Under the pieces are notes generated by a model. It did not search any database. It was not told where the DNA came from and was given only the letters and a program-made list of their open reading frames with translations. Position numbers and translations under genes: made by a program. This document shows positions 11,006 through 26,703 of a DNA stretch of 64,000 bases, piece by piece. The first letter of the stretch is position 1. Every line of letters begins with the position of its first letter. The stretch comes from Nitrosopumilaceae archaeon (GTDB lineage Archaea > Thermoproteota > Nitrososphaeria > Nitrososphaerales > Nitrosopumilaceae), in the NCBI GenBank assembly GCA_965207375.1, contig CBDBMG010000002.1:1-64000 (forward strand), in the 5' to 3' direction.

Positions 11006-14000
11006 GGGTGTATGGAAAACCCGGAATCCCAGAACAGCCCGGATCAGCCGGAACCAACTTATTTTCGCGAATTGACCCACGTGATCTATCGTTGGTGGCT
11101 TGGTGCATTTATTCGGTATATAATCAGATAGGTGACGTATCTAATGTAATGTACGAGTGAAGATCGAGAGGACTTCGATTGATAAGCACTACCCCGAGGT
11201 CCGAGGAAGTCTGGTAAACGAGACGAGTATTTGCCGGTTTGATATCAATATGACTCGAAGTGGTTTGGCAAACATTCATGATCACCAGTTAGGATCCGAA
11301 GTAATGTGGACAAGAAGGGCTTACCAGTTTGCACGACCTTCAGTTGCTGTTGTGTACTATTTAGAATATATTAAGTTATTATCACGTGCTTAACTTGCAT
11401 TACATTCTTACAACCACAGCTATGGCTAAAACATTTTTAATTAAATGATCATATATTATATATAATTGCCATCTTATGTAGAAGTCATGACACCTAATAA
11501 TCATTAATCAATCATAAATGAACGTGATCTGGCACTACATCATCAATCCAAGGCTGGCGAAGATGAACCCTTTGCGAACATCTGTCAAATGTTCACGTAC
11601 TTCATCAGGAATCATCAGTTCATGGGGCAAGAACCTTGGTTCAGCTGTACGAATGCAGTGAATGCTGATGTGGTAATGTGAATTACTAGGGGTTGATGGA
11701 GTTTTTGATTCGCCCCCTTGTTCCCTGTATGGCCTGCATTCTTTCCGTGCAACTACTAAATCATAGGGTGGTTCCGTACTAGTAGAATGAAAAGGTATTC
11801 GACATGACTGACAAATTTGAATACGAGTAGTCAGTATTTTAATGTAAAAGGGTATGGAGAAATCACATGGGATGGTGGTGGATTCCATGAGCTTTGTAAA
11901 AAACTGGATGATGGCCATGGACTTGGCAATGGAATTTGAGGAGGAGGTACAACACCATACATCATGTTTGGCTGCATAGATCCATATGTGGGCATGTACG
12001 TGATAGGTAGATGATGGAGATGGGGATATCCAAGTATCCTTCACAGATTCTATAGTGGCGGCTGGCATAAAACATGATCCACCATCCATATGCTGCTCTT
12101 GGATGGAACAATGTGTACTTCTGTTATCCAAACTAAGCCGGTCAACAACTGTTTTATTAGTCGTCATTTGCTTTCGCTTTCGATTATTCTTTGGAGCGCC
12201 ACCCTTCTCACCAGCACCTTTAGGAATCCCATGTAATGCCAACTTACTATAATTTGGAGCACATTTCTGCCTTATCAGCCATTGAGTAAATTCCTTCAGT
12301 TTTCCATTTATCTCTGCACTTGCAATAGTATGTGCACAAAGTTTGTATGTGCTGAACATAGGGCACTTTGAGTCACATTTAAACTGTCCACTGAACTTGG
12401 CTGGTGTACTCACTAAATGCGGGCAATTACTACTGGTCGATGCTACCATACGATCATAACTTAAGTTTGCCCCTCCTGGTACTGCAGCTATTAGTGTAGT
12501 GTCTACTACAAGTGATGAGGCTTTTTGCCAAATTGCTTTAAGTGTATCTTTGTGAATTTTACAGCCTGACTCTAGAAGAACATCATAAGAAACTGACAGC
12601 TCACTCGAACTTGAGGACTCATTGAATTCTTCGCTACCTTTGTCAGCAGGGTGACCAGCCACACACTAGCCACGGATGGGTGACCATCACTCTTTGCTAG
12701 GAATACAGAAAGATTACACAAGCATTCTTTTACTTCTTTTAATGCCCTTTTACTTTTTGCCTCACTGTCAAATTTCACTGAATTCAATAAGCGCCAGTCC
12801 CCGCGATGACTGAAGGCTCTTTCAATATTCTTTTCATATATCAAAACTAATTCTTGAGCATGATCAACAAAATCAGTGAGTGATTGGGATTTTCTGTCAA
12901 CCTTCAATTTTAAGACATTATTGACACTCACTAGCATTCGTGTAGAATTTTTCAGGTGGGTTCCCCAATAGTGCTTCTTTTCTGACACTTTGAATCATAT
13001 GATTTCGCACAATTGAACTTTTTTCAGAAACAAACCAATTATAGAACTCAGGCTCGTGACTGTCATTTTGTGACAGAGCTACTCGTTTACCAGATACTTC
13101 AAAACAATTCCAACGTTCTTCTAAAGCTGTCAGTTTAGATGCAAAATCACATGGATCAGTAGCATCTGTTAGGCCTAACTGGGTCTGCTCAGAATTGGTA
13201 GTGCCAAAGATATCAGCCAAAATTTCCTCACAAATGGCAGTTTCCAAACTGATGGACTTCAACTTGGACTCAACATTATCACGGAAGTGTTAAAACAACG
13301 CAAATGTAATGCGTTTGGAAAAGCATTTTCAAATGCATTAACTAGGGCCTGCTCCCCATCTGTTCCAAAAGCTTTAAAGGTAGTAGTAATATCTGGAGCT
13401 GGTAAGCAAAGTAGCTATAAGCTTCAGTGTTCATTCTCTGATGAATCAGAGTTGGGCCAAGAAAAACTGGTGGCTTTCCAGTACGCTTTGATGTAAAAGC
13501 TTTGTGTAAAAACACTACGGGTGTTACAAAAAATGCTCCCAAATTAAATGTTGGGTCAACACTAAGAACACTAAAATTCTCTGGGTCAGTACAGCACAAC
13601 TGTACCTGCTTTAGCTGTAAATCTGTGGCTAGTACACATAGTGACTGTGGAGCTGCTTGTACTGCTCGAACAAATTGAACTGCGCCTGCTTCAGTACATT
13701 TACAACGCTCCATCATCACTGCAAGATCATCTGTGTGGTTTGAGCCAAAAAGTTTCTTGCGTATATCTGAAACCTGTCTTTTACTGCGAGGCAATTTTCC
13801 AATACCAGTATGATCCCCCTTTACCATTTCTGAATCGACCAATTCAAAAGCACTAGAAGGCTTGCTCCCTTTAGCCACCTCCTTTATTCTCTGTATAGTG
13901 CTTGGTTGTGTCCGTTTATATGGAGTAGATGTAGAATTCTTTGAATTTTTATGTGGTACATTATTAATTGTATGCTCTTCTCCTTTGAACTTGTATTGCA

Positions 14001-14952
14001 AAAAAGCAACTTGGATATTGACAACTCCCTGTTGAGGTTGTATACCTGCAATAGTAACAATAAGAATCAATCCATGACCACACACACACATGCGCACACA
14101 AAATTTAGCTAACCAGTCAAAGTTGCAATCATGCGTTTAAAATCAGGAGACACCTGAAGGTCATGGTAGACCCTGATTAAAAGGTACAAATAACCTTGCG
14201 GTAGATCATCCAGGTTGGGACACTGCTCTTGCTTGTGAAAAACGACTGTTTTAGAGTCATCTACAACAACATAGTTTTTTCGAACACCTTTGTGCTTCCA
14301 AACACCGCAGTCGTCTGCTCTCAAGTCAGAGACATCATTGACACATTTAAGATTCACCAAAAAGCTCTAATTGTGATATACAGCAATGGGTTGGACTGTG
14401 CATACCTTTGTACAGACAGGATTAAAAAGAAGTGCCACCAGTTCCTCTACTGTGTACTCTCGCTGTCCTTCTTCATAAATTGGTAGTCGAACATCACCAC
14501 TGTGATACATTATAATAGTACTAAAAGAAAAGAAATAAATTATGAATACCTCAACCATTGGTATATAGGCGAACACGATCCCGCCTTACAGCTATGCATA
14601 AACGCACAGCAGATTTAGTATGCTTACTCGGTATCGTTTTCAGCCCCCAAAGCTACTGACACCTTCTCTTCCAATTTAATACACTTGGCCTTTGGTAGAG
14701 GCGACACGCATCCACTTCTATCTGAATCACTGCCGCTGTTTAATACGATCTCCCTCTCGCATTCACTTCCATCTGAGTCACTGTCGCTGCTTAAAACGAT
14801 TATATCACCACCACTTACAGCGCCACCACCACGTGGCTCCGACGCCATTTTGAAACTTAAGCAATAATTATGTGCACGTGAGTTAATTCGCGAAAATAAG
14901 TTGGTTCCGGCTGATCCGGGCTGTTCCGGGATTCCGGGTTTTCCATACACCC
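11006..14952 (-). mobile_element. Mutator-like (MULE) DNA transposon with ~68-bp TIRs and an intron-containing, frameshifted transposase
   Basis: TIRs GGGTGTATGGAAAACCCGGAATCCC... and its complement; VLSVDPTFNLG, AFPNALHLRCFxH, SWIM finger CDSKC...CAH; GTAAGC donor near 14625. Confidence 0.85.
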
Positions 14953-15450
14953 AGAGTCAACCCATAATCAGAGAGTAAGAAGAGTTCCATTTGTCACTTA
15001 AAAGGTTGGCAAGACGACGATACATCACTGTAGCAGCCTTCTCCATTCCTCCCAAGGAGGAGAACACAAGAGGAGTAAAACTGCCTCTTTCCACTTCCCG
15101 CACACGCTCCTCGTAAGCACGATGTTTTTCTCCTTCATGCTTGCGGAAAGTTGCAGCTAAACTGGTGGATTGATTGCTCTCAGCAAAGGCATTAAAAACA
15201 CAGACATCAAAAAAGGAACGGTGATGGCGACAACCCCAGAAACCAGCTGCTCTAATGTCAACTCTGGCATCATACTCGTGCACTGCTGTCTTGTAACGAA
15301 GAATCTCATCAGTCAAGGGCTGGAGGTGTGGTTCAGTCTGAACATCGTGACAGACCTCTGATAACAGTTTCGCAGTTAGATCACGAACATTGTTATGGCG
15401 GATGATGGGAAAAGCACCGTGTGGACAGCTTAAAGCATGGGTAACTGAAA
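14953..15450 (-). mobile_element. CRE-like non-LTR retrotransposon fragment (zinc-knuckle end plus restriction-like endonuclease)
   Basis: HALSC..RHNNVRD..E P..RVDIRAAGFW..FFDV..EKHRAY..FTPLVFS. Confidence 0.8.
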
Positions 15451-16449
15451 CAGCTCCATACAGTATCTGCAAAAGCATTTGTAAGTTACGAAAGGCATAT
15501 TGATGCTTTACTGGCTTTCGGCTGCAAACTCCTGGCTTTCAGCTGGCCAATGTGAAGTAATTGATATCTTGCATTCTAGTTGAATGACCCTGAGATGCTA
15601 ATTAAACCTTTTCTTCAGTAAAAACACTTGGAATTGCCTGTAGCTTCTAATGCACATCAGTGGAACTAATGTACCACCAAATTCAACTTAAACTGGCTGA
15701 GTTGGTAACCTTTGCTGAGCAAACATATTGTAACTGTTATTCTTTCGCTGTATAGCAGTGAACATGGCACAAGACTAGGTGTGTCATCAGAATTTAAATT
15801 CACTGGGCAGGTCTTGACCGGGATATATATTTCGTCAGTAGACTATAAGGAAAGCCATACATTACGCATATAGTGTAGTTTATACGTTACTTACTTTGTA
15901 AGAGTCTATGTAAGAGCATAAAACGAACCTGTTTCCATTCTTTTCAAGGAATTACCATGGTAATCGACTTTTTGCGTCATCGTTGCTAAGCATCCATTAC
16001 CGTGCGCGCGCATCTTCTAATTACTGCACAGTATTAATAATTTAGTTCTTTATCGTGACCATGCACTATATACTACACGGTCGCCTAATAAGCAGTACTA
16101 CATTATCTCGACGGTAACTAGTGTAAGGCTATAGCGTGACTATGAGACGCTCGATGTCTCCAAACGACTCCTCGTGTTTATTGCTATGTTTTCAGTACTC
16201 TAAGCCACAGGACTAACTGATATGTTCTGTGGAATAGTTTCACTAACCTCCTGTATCACTGCACAACCCTAGATAATTATTGTGACATTAATATATATTC
16301 TAAGGCATTTATTACATTGGTATGACATGCATACTCAATCACCCAAATAAAGTATGTTATGCATACGAAAATATTTCATACCACCGATTTTGACTGGTAT
16401 GACATGATTTGGTATGAAATATACATACTGCAATAGTATGAAATCCACA

Positions 16450-16960
16450 CTACTGTTTTAATAGTGTAGAAATCACTTTTTCTAGTTGTGCAATTACTCC
16501 TCTATCTGTTGTTCCATTTGCGGCTTTTATCAAGTTTTCTTCTCGCTCATTTATCTGTAAACTGCCATTAAACACATCCAGAAAGATTTGCTCTTGTAAA
16601 GGAGCTAATGGATTTCTTGTTACATACCTTTTGCTTCCAAACATTCCCATATCGTAAGCCAAGAATATCTTCCATTTCCCTCTAACTGCATTCAGTACTT
16701 TACTAAGATTTTTACTACACTCCAGTAAGTATCTGCTTTGGTCAGCAAAACTTCCGTTTAGAGGACTATAGTGCATAACATGATGTGTTCTGAAGACAAT
16801 TCCCACATATTTGTGATCTCCAATGAATTGCTGAACATATGCCTTATATGCAGTCATTACCCTCTTGCTGGGTGGAAAAATGATTTTCAGTAGTGGTTCA
16901 ACAAATAAAGTTTAATTGACCAAAGGACCAATGTGAAATTGCTTCCTCAGGCCCTGTCAA
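16450..16960 (-). pseudogene. C-terminal fragment of an O-fucosyltransferase-like (GT-B) protein
   Basis: YVGIVFR...C...IFLAYDMGMFGS...DRGVIAQLEK pattern recalled from O-FucT-like proteins; truncated. Confidence 0.45.
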
Positions 16961-18240
16961 TGATGAATGAATGACAAACCAGAGAGAAAATTGATGAACA
17001 AGACAAAAACAAATTATATTATATTTGATATGGGGGAAACAGTGTTGACAGCCCACTTGTTGTTGCAGTGCTGGGCTGGGCTCATCTCAGCACAGTTTAA
17101 TCAGATTCATATTGCATCCTATTACGAGCTGTCCAAAGCTATACCCAAGTTACGTAGGTGAGTAGTGTAAACAGGGCCCTTTTCCTTAACTATAGTTGTA
17201 ATTTATGATTACATCTACGGTTTAGTTAGTAGTGTGAACAAGAGCTGAGTTAACTTTGACAACTCGGGTTGCTATCAATTCTATTGTGAGTAACCTGAGA
17301 TAATATGAAATAGGTTAAGCTTATAGTCACCATGTTTGCATTTTATAAGACAAAGATAAGCTACATAAAGGTCTAAGCATTCACTATAGATAAAAGTAGT
17401 AGGCTATAGCTTCACCTTTTTCTTTACTAGCCGTGTGTACTTCAAGATTTACTGTAAAGCAGCTTATAAAGCAGTGAAATAGCAACAAAAGTAAAGCTTG
17501 ATTTAATGAAGAGTGTCTAAAACGAAAGCTAGGGATTGAATGATACTCAATACTATCGTTGAAAGGTAATGCTCAACTAGACAATACTGGTATCATTAGT
17601 ACCTAGTGCTAAACAATAATATTGGAGCTCACAATATATTAACCTGCACCGTTAAAATTTTTGTCTTTCATTTATCTAGTTTACTCATGCAGCCTAAACA
17701 ATGTTTGTTTAGTTTATCTGTATTTTAAACCTTTATATTCCAGTACTTTAGTGATAAAAGTATTTTTGAGCTGAAATTCTTACTGAAACACTATTGGCCA
17801 GTCTTGTTTTGTAAGCTTCACAACCCGCACAGCATGCCCACTTTTAAAACTGAAGCGCTGCGTCTTGTTAGTATTGTACAACTGGTTAACCCTTTAACTT
17901 GCAAAATATTAATAAAACTTTTACCTGGAAAGCGCACCATTATTTGTGACCGAGCCTGCGAAAACCAGTCTTATCTGCACGTAAAATTTGACCTAATTTT
18001 GAGCATTTCAAATTTAATAACTCTTTCTGGTATTCCTTTTTCTAGAAAAATTGATCGACTTTTCCTAAGACCTCCCCCTTTATTATAACAACCTCAAAGA
18101 AATCGTGGAACTTTTTGCTGAATTTTCTGGATACTGACAGAGGGTCTTCTGCACATAGTTTACCAATTGGGTACCCATCAGGAATATCATTGACCTTGTG
18201 CAGATATGAAGTAATATTTGGAGAGTCATATTCTGCACAA

Positions 18241-19490
<1,250 letters not shown>

Positions 19491-20199
19491 ATTTTGTAGA
19501 GGATAATTTGTATATGTATCCCAGTTGCCTTTTAACTTTGCATTTCCGTACTCTCCTGTTAGCACACAATCTTTGTCTCATGGCTATACGACGGAAACGG
19601 CCATCGTATTGATTCTCACGCTTTCGCCTGTATTTCCGTAAGTGTACCACTTTTGCTAGACGTGTCCTCGTTTTTTGCCGGCGCCGGGTGCTGGTTTTGC
19701 CTCAGTATTTATAATTAGACTTGTATTTAGTATTTATAAATAATTTGTTAGGATTTCAAAATGAAAACATTTCATAATTATTACAAAAATATTCTTTTAA
19801 AAATTTGTACAAGTTACAAAGCTGGAGTCAAAGTCTTCACTATCATCACAGTTTAATGAACCATGCTGGCTAGAACTTGTCAAGCGTTTATTTCACAAAG
19901 TCTCCACGACAGGACCTAGATAATATCCCATTGTATCGATACTAGTAGGTGACACTGGCTGAACTGGGCTGAAAATTGGCTTTTTTGATGAGTAATGAAG
20001 CCGGTATTTTAATTGCGCGTTTGGTAAACTTCGAGCAAGATAGGCTTCCCACACGAATTAAAAGTGGTTTTCACTAATTGCTTATACTTATATTCATCAC
20101 TGATACTGACCATGAAGTGAACGGAGCATCATGGTGGATTAATAAGCCAAAACAGTCATCACGCCACCAAAAATAATATTCAATATTAAGCGCATTACC

Positions 20200-20910
20200 C
20201 GTAACCTTAAGAAACCAGTATTGCTTTGTGCCCCTAACAGATTGATCATAATTGAAAGATTTGCTTCCATTTGTTTATTTGAGGAATCGACTCCTTTGAG
20301 GAAATCTTTAACAGACATGCCATGCTTTCCAGTCATTTTTAAAACATTGTATATTCCACTGGAAAGCTCCCTCAGCTCTTTTTGCCAGAGGTAGTAAAAC
20401 ACAAATTCAGGATTCTTACGGAAGCGTGAATCCTTATTTAGCAAGCGTGACTTGACATACTTGCAAAAATTTAGTTTGACTTCCCTGGGATGAATTCACC
20501 ATATCTCCCAGTAGGAAATAGACATGGGAAACACATCACATCAAGATATTTCAATCTGTTATCTAATGCTGGCTCTTCAATTTTTAGCATTTTGTAGTGC
20601 TCTAGATCTGACCCTGAAGGCAAGCTTTCATCCATACGACGAATTGTGTAGGCTTCAAGCTCTGCAATGTCAGTTTTAGTGGCCTTTCTAATAAGAATGC
20701 TGCCGGTGCTGCTAACAACCTCTATAGCTTTTTTAACAGCATGATCAACACAGTTTTCAATATTTTTATAAGGCCAATTGGTTTCTTTCAACTTTTTAAC
20801 AGCTGTTTTGATGTCATTAACATCAACCACCAAAGTCTGCCAAACCACTTTGTCTTTTGTCAGTCGACCATCAAGCAGAATATATAATTCAGGATCTGGT
20901 AGCACTTGAA
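20200..20910 (-). mobile_element. Helitron/Helentron RepHel N-terminal fragment
   Basis: AVKKLKETNWPYKNI, CFPCLFPTGRYGE, YVKSRLLNKDSRFRKNPEFVFY, and VRGTKQYW after a frameshift; HUH and helicase parts absent. Confidence 0.8.
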
Positions 20911-22419
20911 GGTCTTCTTTCGGTACATGGAGATCAATGTGAGTAGCTCACTAAATATATTATTGTGCCATAAACTATATAGCTAGTTAGCTATGTCAAT
21001 GTTTGCTGGCATGCACAGGCTCCGAAATTTAGGTAGCACATAGTAGTGACCACACCCCCTTCGTATAGGCGCTGATTGATTTACAGATTAAATATAGATA
21101 CCACATGCAATTTTTTTGCAAATTCAAGCAATTTTAATTACCAATTTATAATTATGCATGCGCAGGCTGGCAATTTTCAGCTATAGCCATAATGTGACTT
21201 GGTGAGTTTTCCCATGTTGAGTCAAATTAAGCTGCAGGCTCCACTCTTCTAGCAAGGATTCCACTTTTGCCATGTCTAACTCTTGCCCCATTGTGTAGCT
21301 TGATCTCAACGGTTGTAATGTGGTGAGCTGCTACACCCGCTAAATTCATTCCTCTCTCATTCTAATTTCCTTTCATTTTATCATCTACAGGGTTGCAGTT
21401 TCTTACCCATTAACTAATCCTATGCAACTTATTGTTATGAAAAACTGATTCTAAATAGAGCATATGTGTTATATTCCTAAATAGTTACAAATACGTCATA
21501 ATTTACAAAAGCGTCATAATTACTTAGAAATTTTAATTGTAGTGTTGCATGTTGCACATGTAATACAAGTAGCTATAGCGTCAGCGTAACGTTTATAGTA
21601 TATTATTTTCTGAGCTAAACATGCATAATAAAACTAGCTGTATATACAGACCTATATACTACTCCGTCTTTGTAAAATGCTTCTTTGGTGTTAAAAACTT
21701 GAAAGAACTCTTCATTGCCAGTCTTATCCTATCAATGTCTAGTGGAAGTTTCTTTTTCCCGGTAAGCTGCATTTTCATCAGTTGCTAGGATTTGCTAGTG
21801 TTTTGGTTTTGGTGTCCACATGATATTTAGTAAGATAAAATTGCATGATTACATTAAATACTTGAAAATAATTTATTTGTGCAGTTATTCACTATATAAT
21901 ACATTTTAAGTGTTTTGGTTGTTTCATCCTCTGGCTTGGTTTTAGATACGTGCTCCATGCCTTACAGGTATACAGCTGTAGTATTGTCTCGTTCACAGGA
22001 TGATAACTCAGGGACCTTCATCAGCACAAGATGTCATTACAATGGCAGGCGATTGTTTTGGCTATAATTTTAATGCAATCTTTACTGTTGGAGTGGCTTG
22101 TGGTGTAAAAAGAATAGTATGTTGGATGTTTTAGTTTCACAAAATGTGACATTGTACACAGGTCCAAGACATGGCACCGATAAACGGGGAAAACCAGAAA
22201 TAATAAGCAGAGATATAACTAATTTGCTAACATCTAAATTTTTTCTCCAGCATTTTGCTAATCCACCTGAGTGGCCAACTCAAAGTAGTAAAATAGCCGC
22301 AAGATTAACAAAGAGCTTTTCTATTTTAATCAATTTTTCGTCTTGCCAGTGATGTCTAAACTTACTTTTACCATATAGCAGGTTATTTTTGTGGTGCTTT
22401 AATTTTTGCGATGAAAGAG

Positions 22420-22755
22420 TTTAAATCTTGGTGACAAAGTTATTGTAGAGCAGGGAGAAGAACTCACAGATAAACATATAAATATGGCACAACATTTAAT
22501 TAAGGTGCAGTTTCCACTGATAGGAGGTCTCCAATCAACCCTTTTGCAGCAGAAGTTATCAAACATAAGTAAAGGTAGTTGCACCACAAATACTATCCAA
22601 GCTATCCGCTGCAAAAATAAAATACATTGGATTACTGCCACGACAAAATTTTGTGAGCCTGGTGTGGTCAATATATACGACACTTTGTATTCAGCTTTAG
22701 TTGCTGAAACACGTACAATAGTAAAACAGTTGTCTCCCAAATCTGCATCTCCCAA
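22420..22755 (+). pseudogene. Ulp1/C48-like protease fragment, probably TE-borne
   Basis: TDKHINMAQHLIK.QFP..GLQST...IHWIT...VNIYDTLY; the catalytic Cys region is missing. Confidence 0.55.
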
Positions 22756-24185
22756 TTCCATCATTTACGCTATTTCCCTGTGGATGAGACAGATCTATGA
22801 TAAGGCGCCATTTATTCGGCTGATGATTCTTAGGTATTACCCCAAACCTGCTAGTGTGCACCTCAAGGCATTGAGAGAGTGGATAAGGACCTGATATTCT
22901 GCCTAGTGAGAGTTCATTCTGAATATACTCATCCACCACTTCTGGATGTAGAATCGCACTGTGAAGGTTTGTTCTGGCTGACTTTAGGTTAGCACCACTG
23001 TTGCTGAAACCTATTTTAAAGCCGTTAGATATACCAGCCAGGAAGAATCGAGCTAAATCTTGGTTTGGGTAGTCGATGAGATGTCTGTGCCAGGTATCTA
23101 TGTTGAGTGAGATGGATATCTGCCCGGCTAATGGTGGTATCTTGAGGGTTGATGACAATGTAGGGGGTATGTGGCTAATCCAGTTGGGTAACCAGCTCTC
23201 ATACGAAGGGGTGCACATGGTTTCATCAGAATACACTGTCGCGTGCAATATACCTGAGTTATAACACATTCTGTCATAATAACGTGATGTAAAAAAATGG
23301 TATACACACAAATACAGGGTATAGCTATGAGTCTAGAACACATGCACATACGAAATTGTGTGATATAAAAGCCTAACTGTGAGTAATCAATTGCCTAATT
23401 AGGCCAGTGTTGAGAGTCCTAAAATATGTATCTGCAAGCTCAGCGGCCATGGTTGACAGTAGGCATCAACGGTTTCGGTTGTGTAGGGGTGGTTTGGGAT
23501 TGATGGGAAGGTAATTGGCGATGACTATAACGGTGAGGACAGAATATGGCTTTATGACTGATATCACTGGCTTCAGGATTTGGTGCACAGATGTAACAAA
23601 CATGATCGAAACGACAATTGGGATATGAGCATGTCTAAGATCTTTGTTCGTTCCATTGATAGCAAATAAGCCTGCGGTAGTGTTGCTGGCGACTATATCC
23701 TTGGCGGCGGTAAAGGTACTGGCTTGGTGGTAAAGGTTGATTGTCGCGGGTAACTGATGCTAACTCGCAGTCTTTAGAAGTATGAGAGAGACTGAAACAA
23801 AATTTGCAGCGATTAGCTCTAGCTTGACCAGAGAAAGCTAATAGCCACAGTGTAGTGTCAATATTGGACCAACTACGTTGTGGTTGAGAGGTGGTGTCTT
23901 GGTGAAAACGTCTGTCATATGCCATCCAGCAATCATTCTTATATTCACTGCTAGCCTCCAGGATTAAAACTTGGTAGCCCATTAAATCAGGAACACGTGG
24001 CTGCTTTCTGGCAATCACAGAGACATACACTGCAAAGCTTTGCAGCCATTCCATGATGTTTGTAATACGACCATGTTTTTGTGTAGATTTTGCTGCATCA
24101 TCTAGCCCTAGACGACTGGGAAGCAGGTCTCCCATTTCAACAAAGGCACCAGATTCAATTTTTTCCACTAAATTAGGAGGAATTG
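22756..24185 (-). mobile_element. Ngaro/DIRS-like YR retroelement fragment (gag plus RT N-terminus)
   Basis: KIESGAFVEMGDLL..WLQSF..WMAYDRRF, Cys/His fingers; GFKIG, ELSLGRISGP, FGVIPK, KWRLIIDLSHP..SVNDGI. Confidence 0.8.
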
Positions 24186-25651
24186 GTCAAGCTATAGTCA
24201 AATGAATAGTCAAATGGAGATGACAATATGGATTTTTCTGTACTTGATGACAAATTCAAGTCTACTAACTCAATCATCTATACACGTCATACCTATATGT
24301 ATAATTAAACATATAAGTATGTACATCGGGACTTTGCTACCTTCTATAGCTATAGCTACACTATATAGCTGTTATCAGTTCATCCAGCCATAAGAGAAGC
24401 AATATGCATATGCCATATATATGTACATACCCACTTTGTCTTTAGCTATGATACATCTAGGTAAACTTGTAGGAGGTATCTAGGTAACCCTCACATTTTA
24501 GGCAATGATGTTTGTCAATTCTCGATCTAGTATAAAGGTGTTTTCCAGTGTGTAATAGCAACAATAGTGTACATGTGTTGAGTTGTAATGATTAAAGAGA
24601 AATTGCAAATGTTTATTGATATTCTCCACTACGTATATTACTGTAATAGAAAATAATAACTTGTGCACGAGTATTCCCTAGATGCTAGTTGATAGACTCA
24701 CATGAGCACTCATACATGCAGCATAGCATTAAATTTATCTTCTCGTAAACATTTGTATTGTGAATATTTAACTTGTATTCTTATCAAAATGATACTTGAT
24801 AATCACCGTACAGCTACTGATAGCAGTGTGTAAGTACACATTTTAGTTGTTGAACCTTCAAGGCAATAGTCTATTAATTCCAAGCATCTACTATCAATTT
24901 GATTAAATAATTTCAAATATCAAAAGAAGTATGATGTTTAAAATGTGTCAAAAAGTACTTGCACATTTGGTCACATAACTAAGTATGGTAATTGAGTTTT
25001 GGCAAATCCATGGCTACTTATTGATTTGGTGGGAAAAGTTTGCTTTAGCAAATCTTTAACAGAAGAAGTTTGGAGAATTAACTTAAGCCGAGTAATATTA
25101 ACAATATGCTAAAGTTAGTGATTTTTATGATTGCGGGTTTAGCTAATACTAAATTTAGCGATTACACATTGATATTTTCTAATAGTGCAGCCACCAATCA
25201 TTAGTGACTGCTTTATTAGGTAGTATTGATCAATGTTTATAATTGGCGCAGTGAATTTTAGCGATATAGAAGCTACTCATTTAATTATTGTATCGTTATA
25301 ATAACTCGGTTTAAGGTAGCACTGATTCACACTTACCATTTAAAGTATAGTAAAAATTGAATTTATAATGTAGCCACATAATACAATGGTACAGTGGGAT
25401 ACTCTGTAAATTAAGGATTAAATACTTATTAACAGCAAATTTATGAAGTTGTGCTAACAAGATAAATATGAAGCCACATAAAGATGGTTCCAAAATAACT
25501 TGGTTCCACTGTGTCCAGTGGTGTAGCTAGGGCATTATAGGTGGTTAAAGACCTAGCAAGTAACTACAGGATTGTCTGTTACAATTCATTCTTCCAACCA
25601 AGTTATCTGCTATTAGGTGTATGTTACAGTTTCCTCATCTGATCATGATAT

Positions 25652-25889
25652 GTGACCCGGTCTGACAAAACCAGTCTTATGGCCATAAAATTTTTGAGTC
25701 TTTCAAGTTTAATAACTCCTTCTGAACACAATATTTTAGCACAAACTTCACCATGTAGCTAGCAAAAATCCTAAGCAATTCAATAAAACTTATAGAATTT
25801 AAATAGTGCCTACAGAACAAGAGATAGATACCATTATACGCATGGGTGTATTTTCGGGCAATAAGACTGGTTTTGTCAGACCGGGTCAC
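25652..25889. mobile_element. Sola1-like MITE (GTGACC termini, 4-bp ATAT TSD)
   Basis: ATAT|gtgacccggtctgacaaaaccagtcttat ... ataagactggttttgtcagaccgggtcac|ATAT; related ends at 17945, 47891, 49365 and 53202. Confidence 0.8.
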
Positions 25890-26703
25890 ATATACACAAT
25901 CATGTTACAATTTGCCACGTAGCTGAAAAGTTGTAACCGATGATTTTTATACCAGATGGAAAATTGTAACATGATTTACATAATCAGCAGTGATTGGCCA
26001 TTGGGTACTGGAAATGTTTACTGGATCTGTGCCATACCAGTACCCACCTTAGCTACGCCATTGATTGTGATATTACCAATTAAAATTTTATACATTCTTT
26101 AAAGTTCATGTGGCAAAAAATTTGAATATACCAGAGGTGAAACAAGTTGGGAGATCCCAGCATAAATTCTATCAAGTTAGCTACTTTTATCTCCCACTTG
26201 TATCACCAATGGAACGTGATAAATTCAATCATTATGTATGAGAATTGAATTGATAGTAAAGTGTCACTACTGGCTACTTGAAATTGAATGATTTAATTAT
26301 CATAATGAATTATATATTAATGAAATGCTGGTTGGTAAATTGTTACTCAAGGCCATACAATATGTATGACTGATGCAATTCATACACATAGTTATGAACA
26401 CAAGATAGCTAATTTACTAACAAACCTATTCCATTAAAGAGTCGTTGTTGATACTTTTAGTAAATATTTCATTGTTTGATTATTGCTCTGGTCTAAGTAA
26501 CAATTTTCTGCCATCATCTCACTGAATAGTATTTACAATATTAATGTTAAAATAAAGTTTATTACAACACATACCCACACTGTTGTTGCTATTTACATAA
26601 TCATTAGTAAACATATTATTCAGCTATTACATTTCATTCCCATAATGTATTCCCTTTTTACAAGTTAGTTGATTGATTATGCATGCATGTACGTATATAT
26701 TAA

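Noticed and set aside
21690-22070. Possible decayed BEN-domain-like coding remnants
   Set aside because: Too short and disrupted to support a call.
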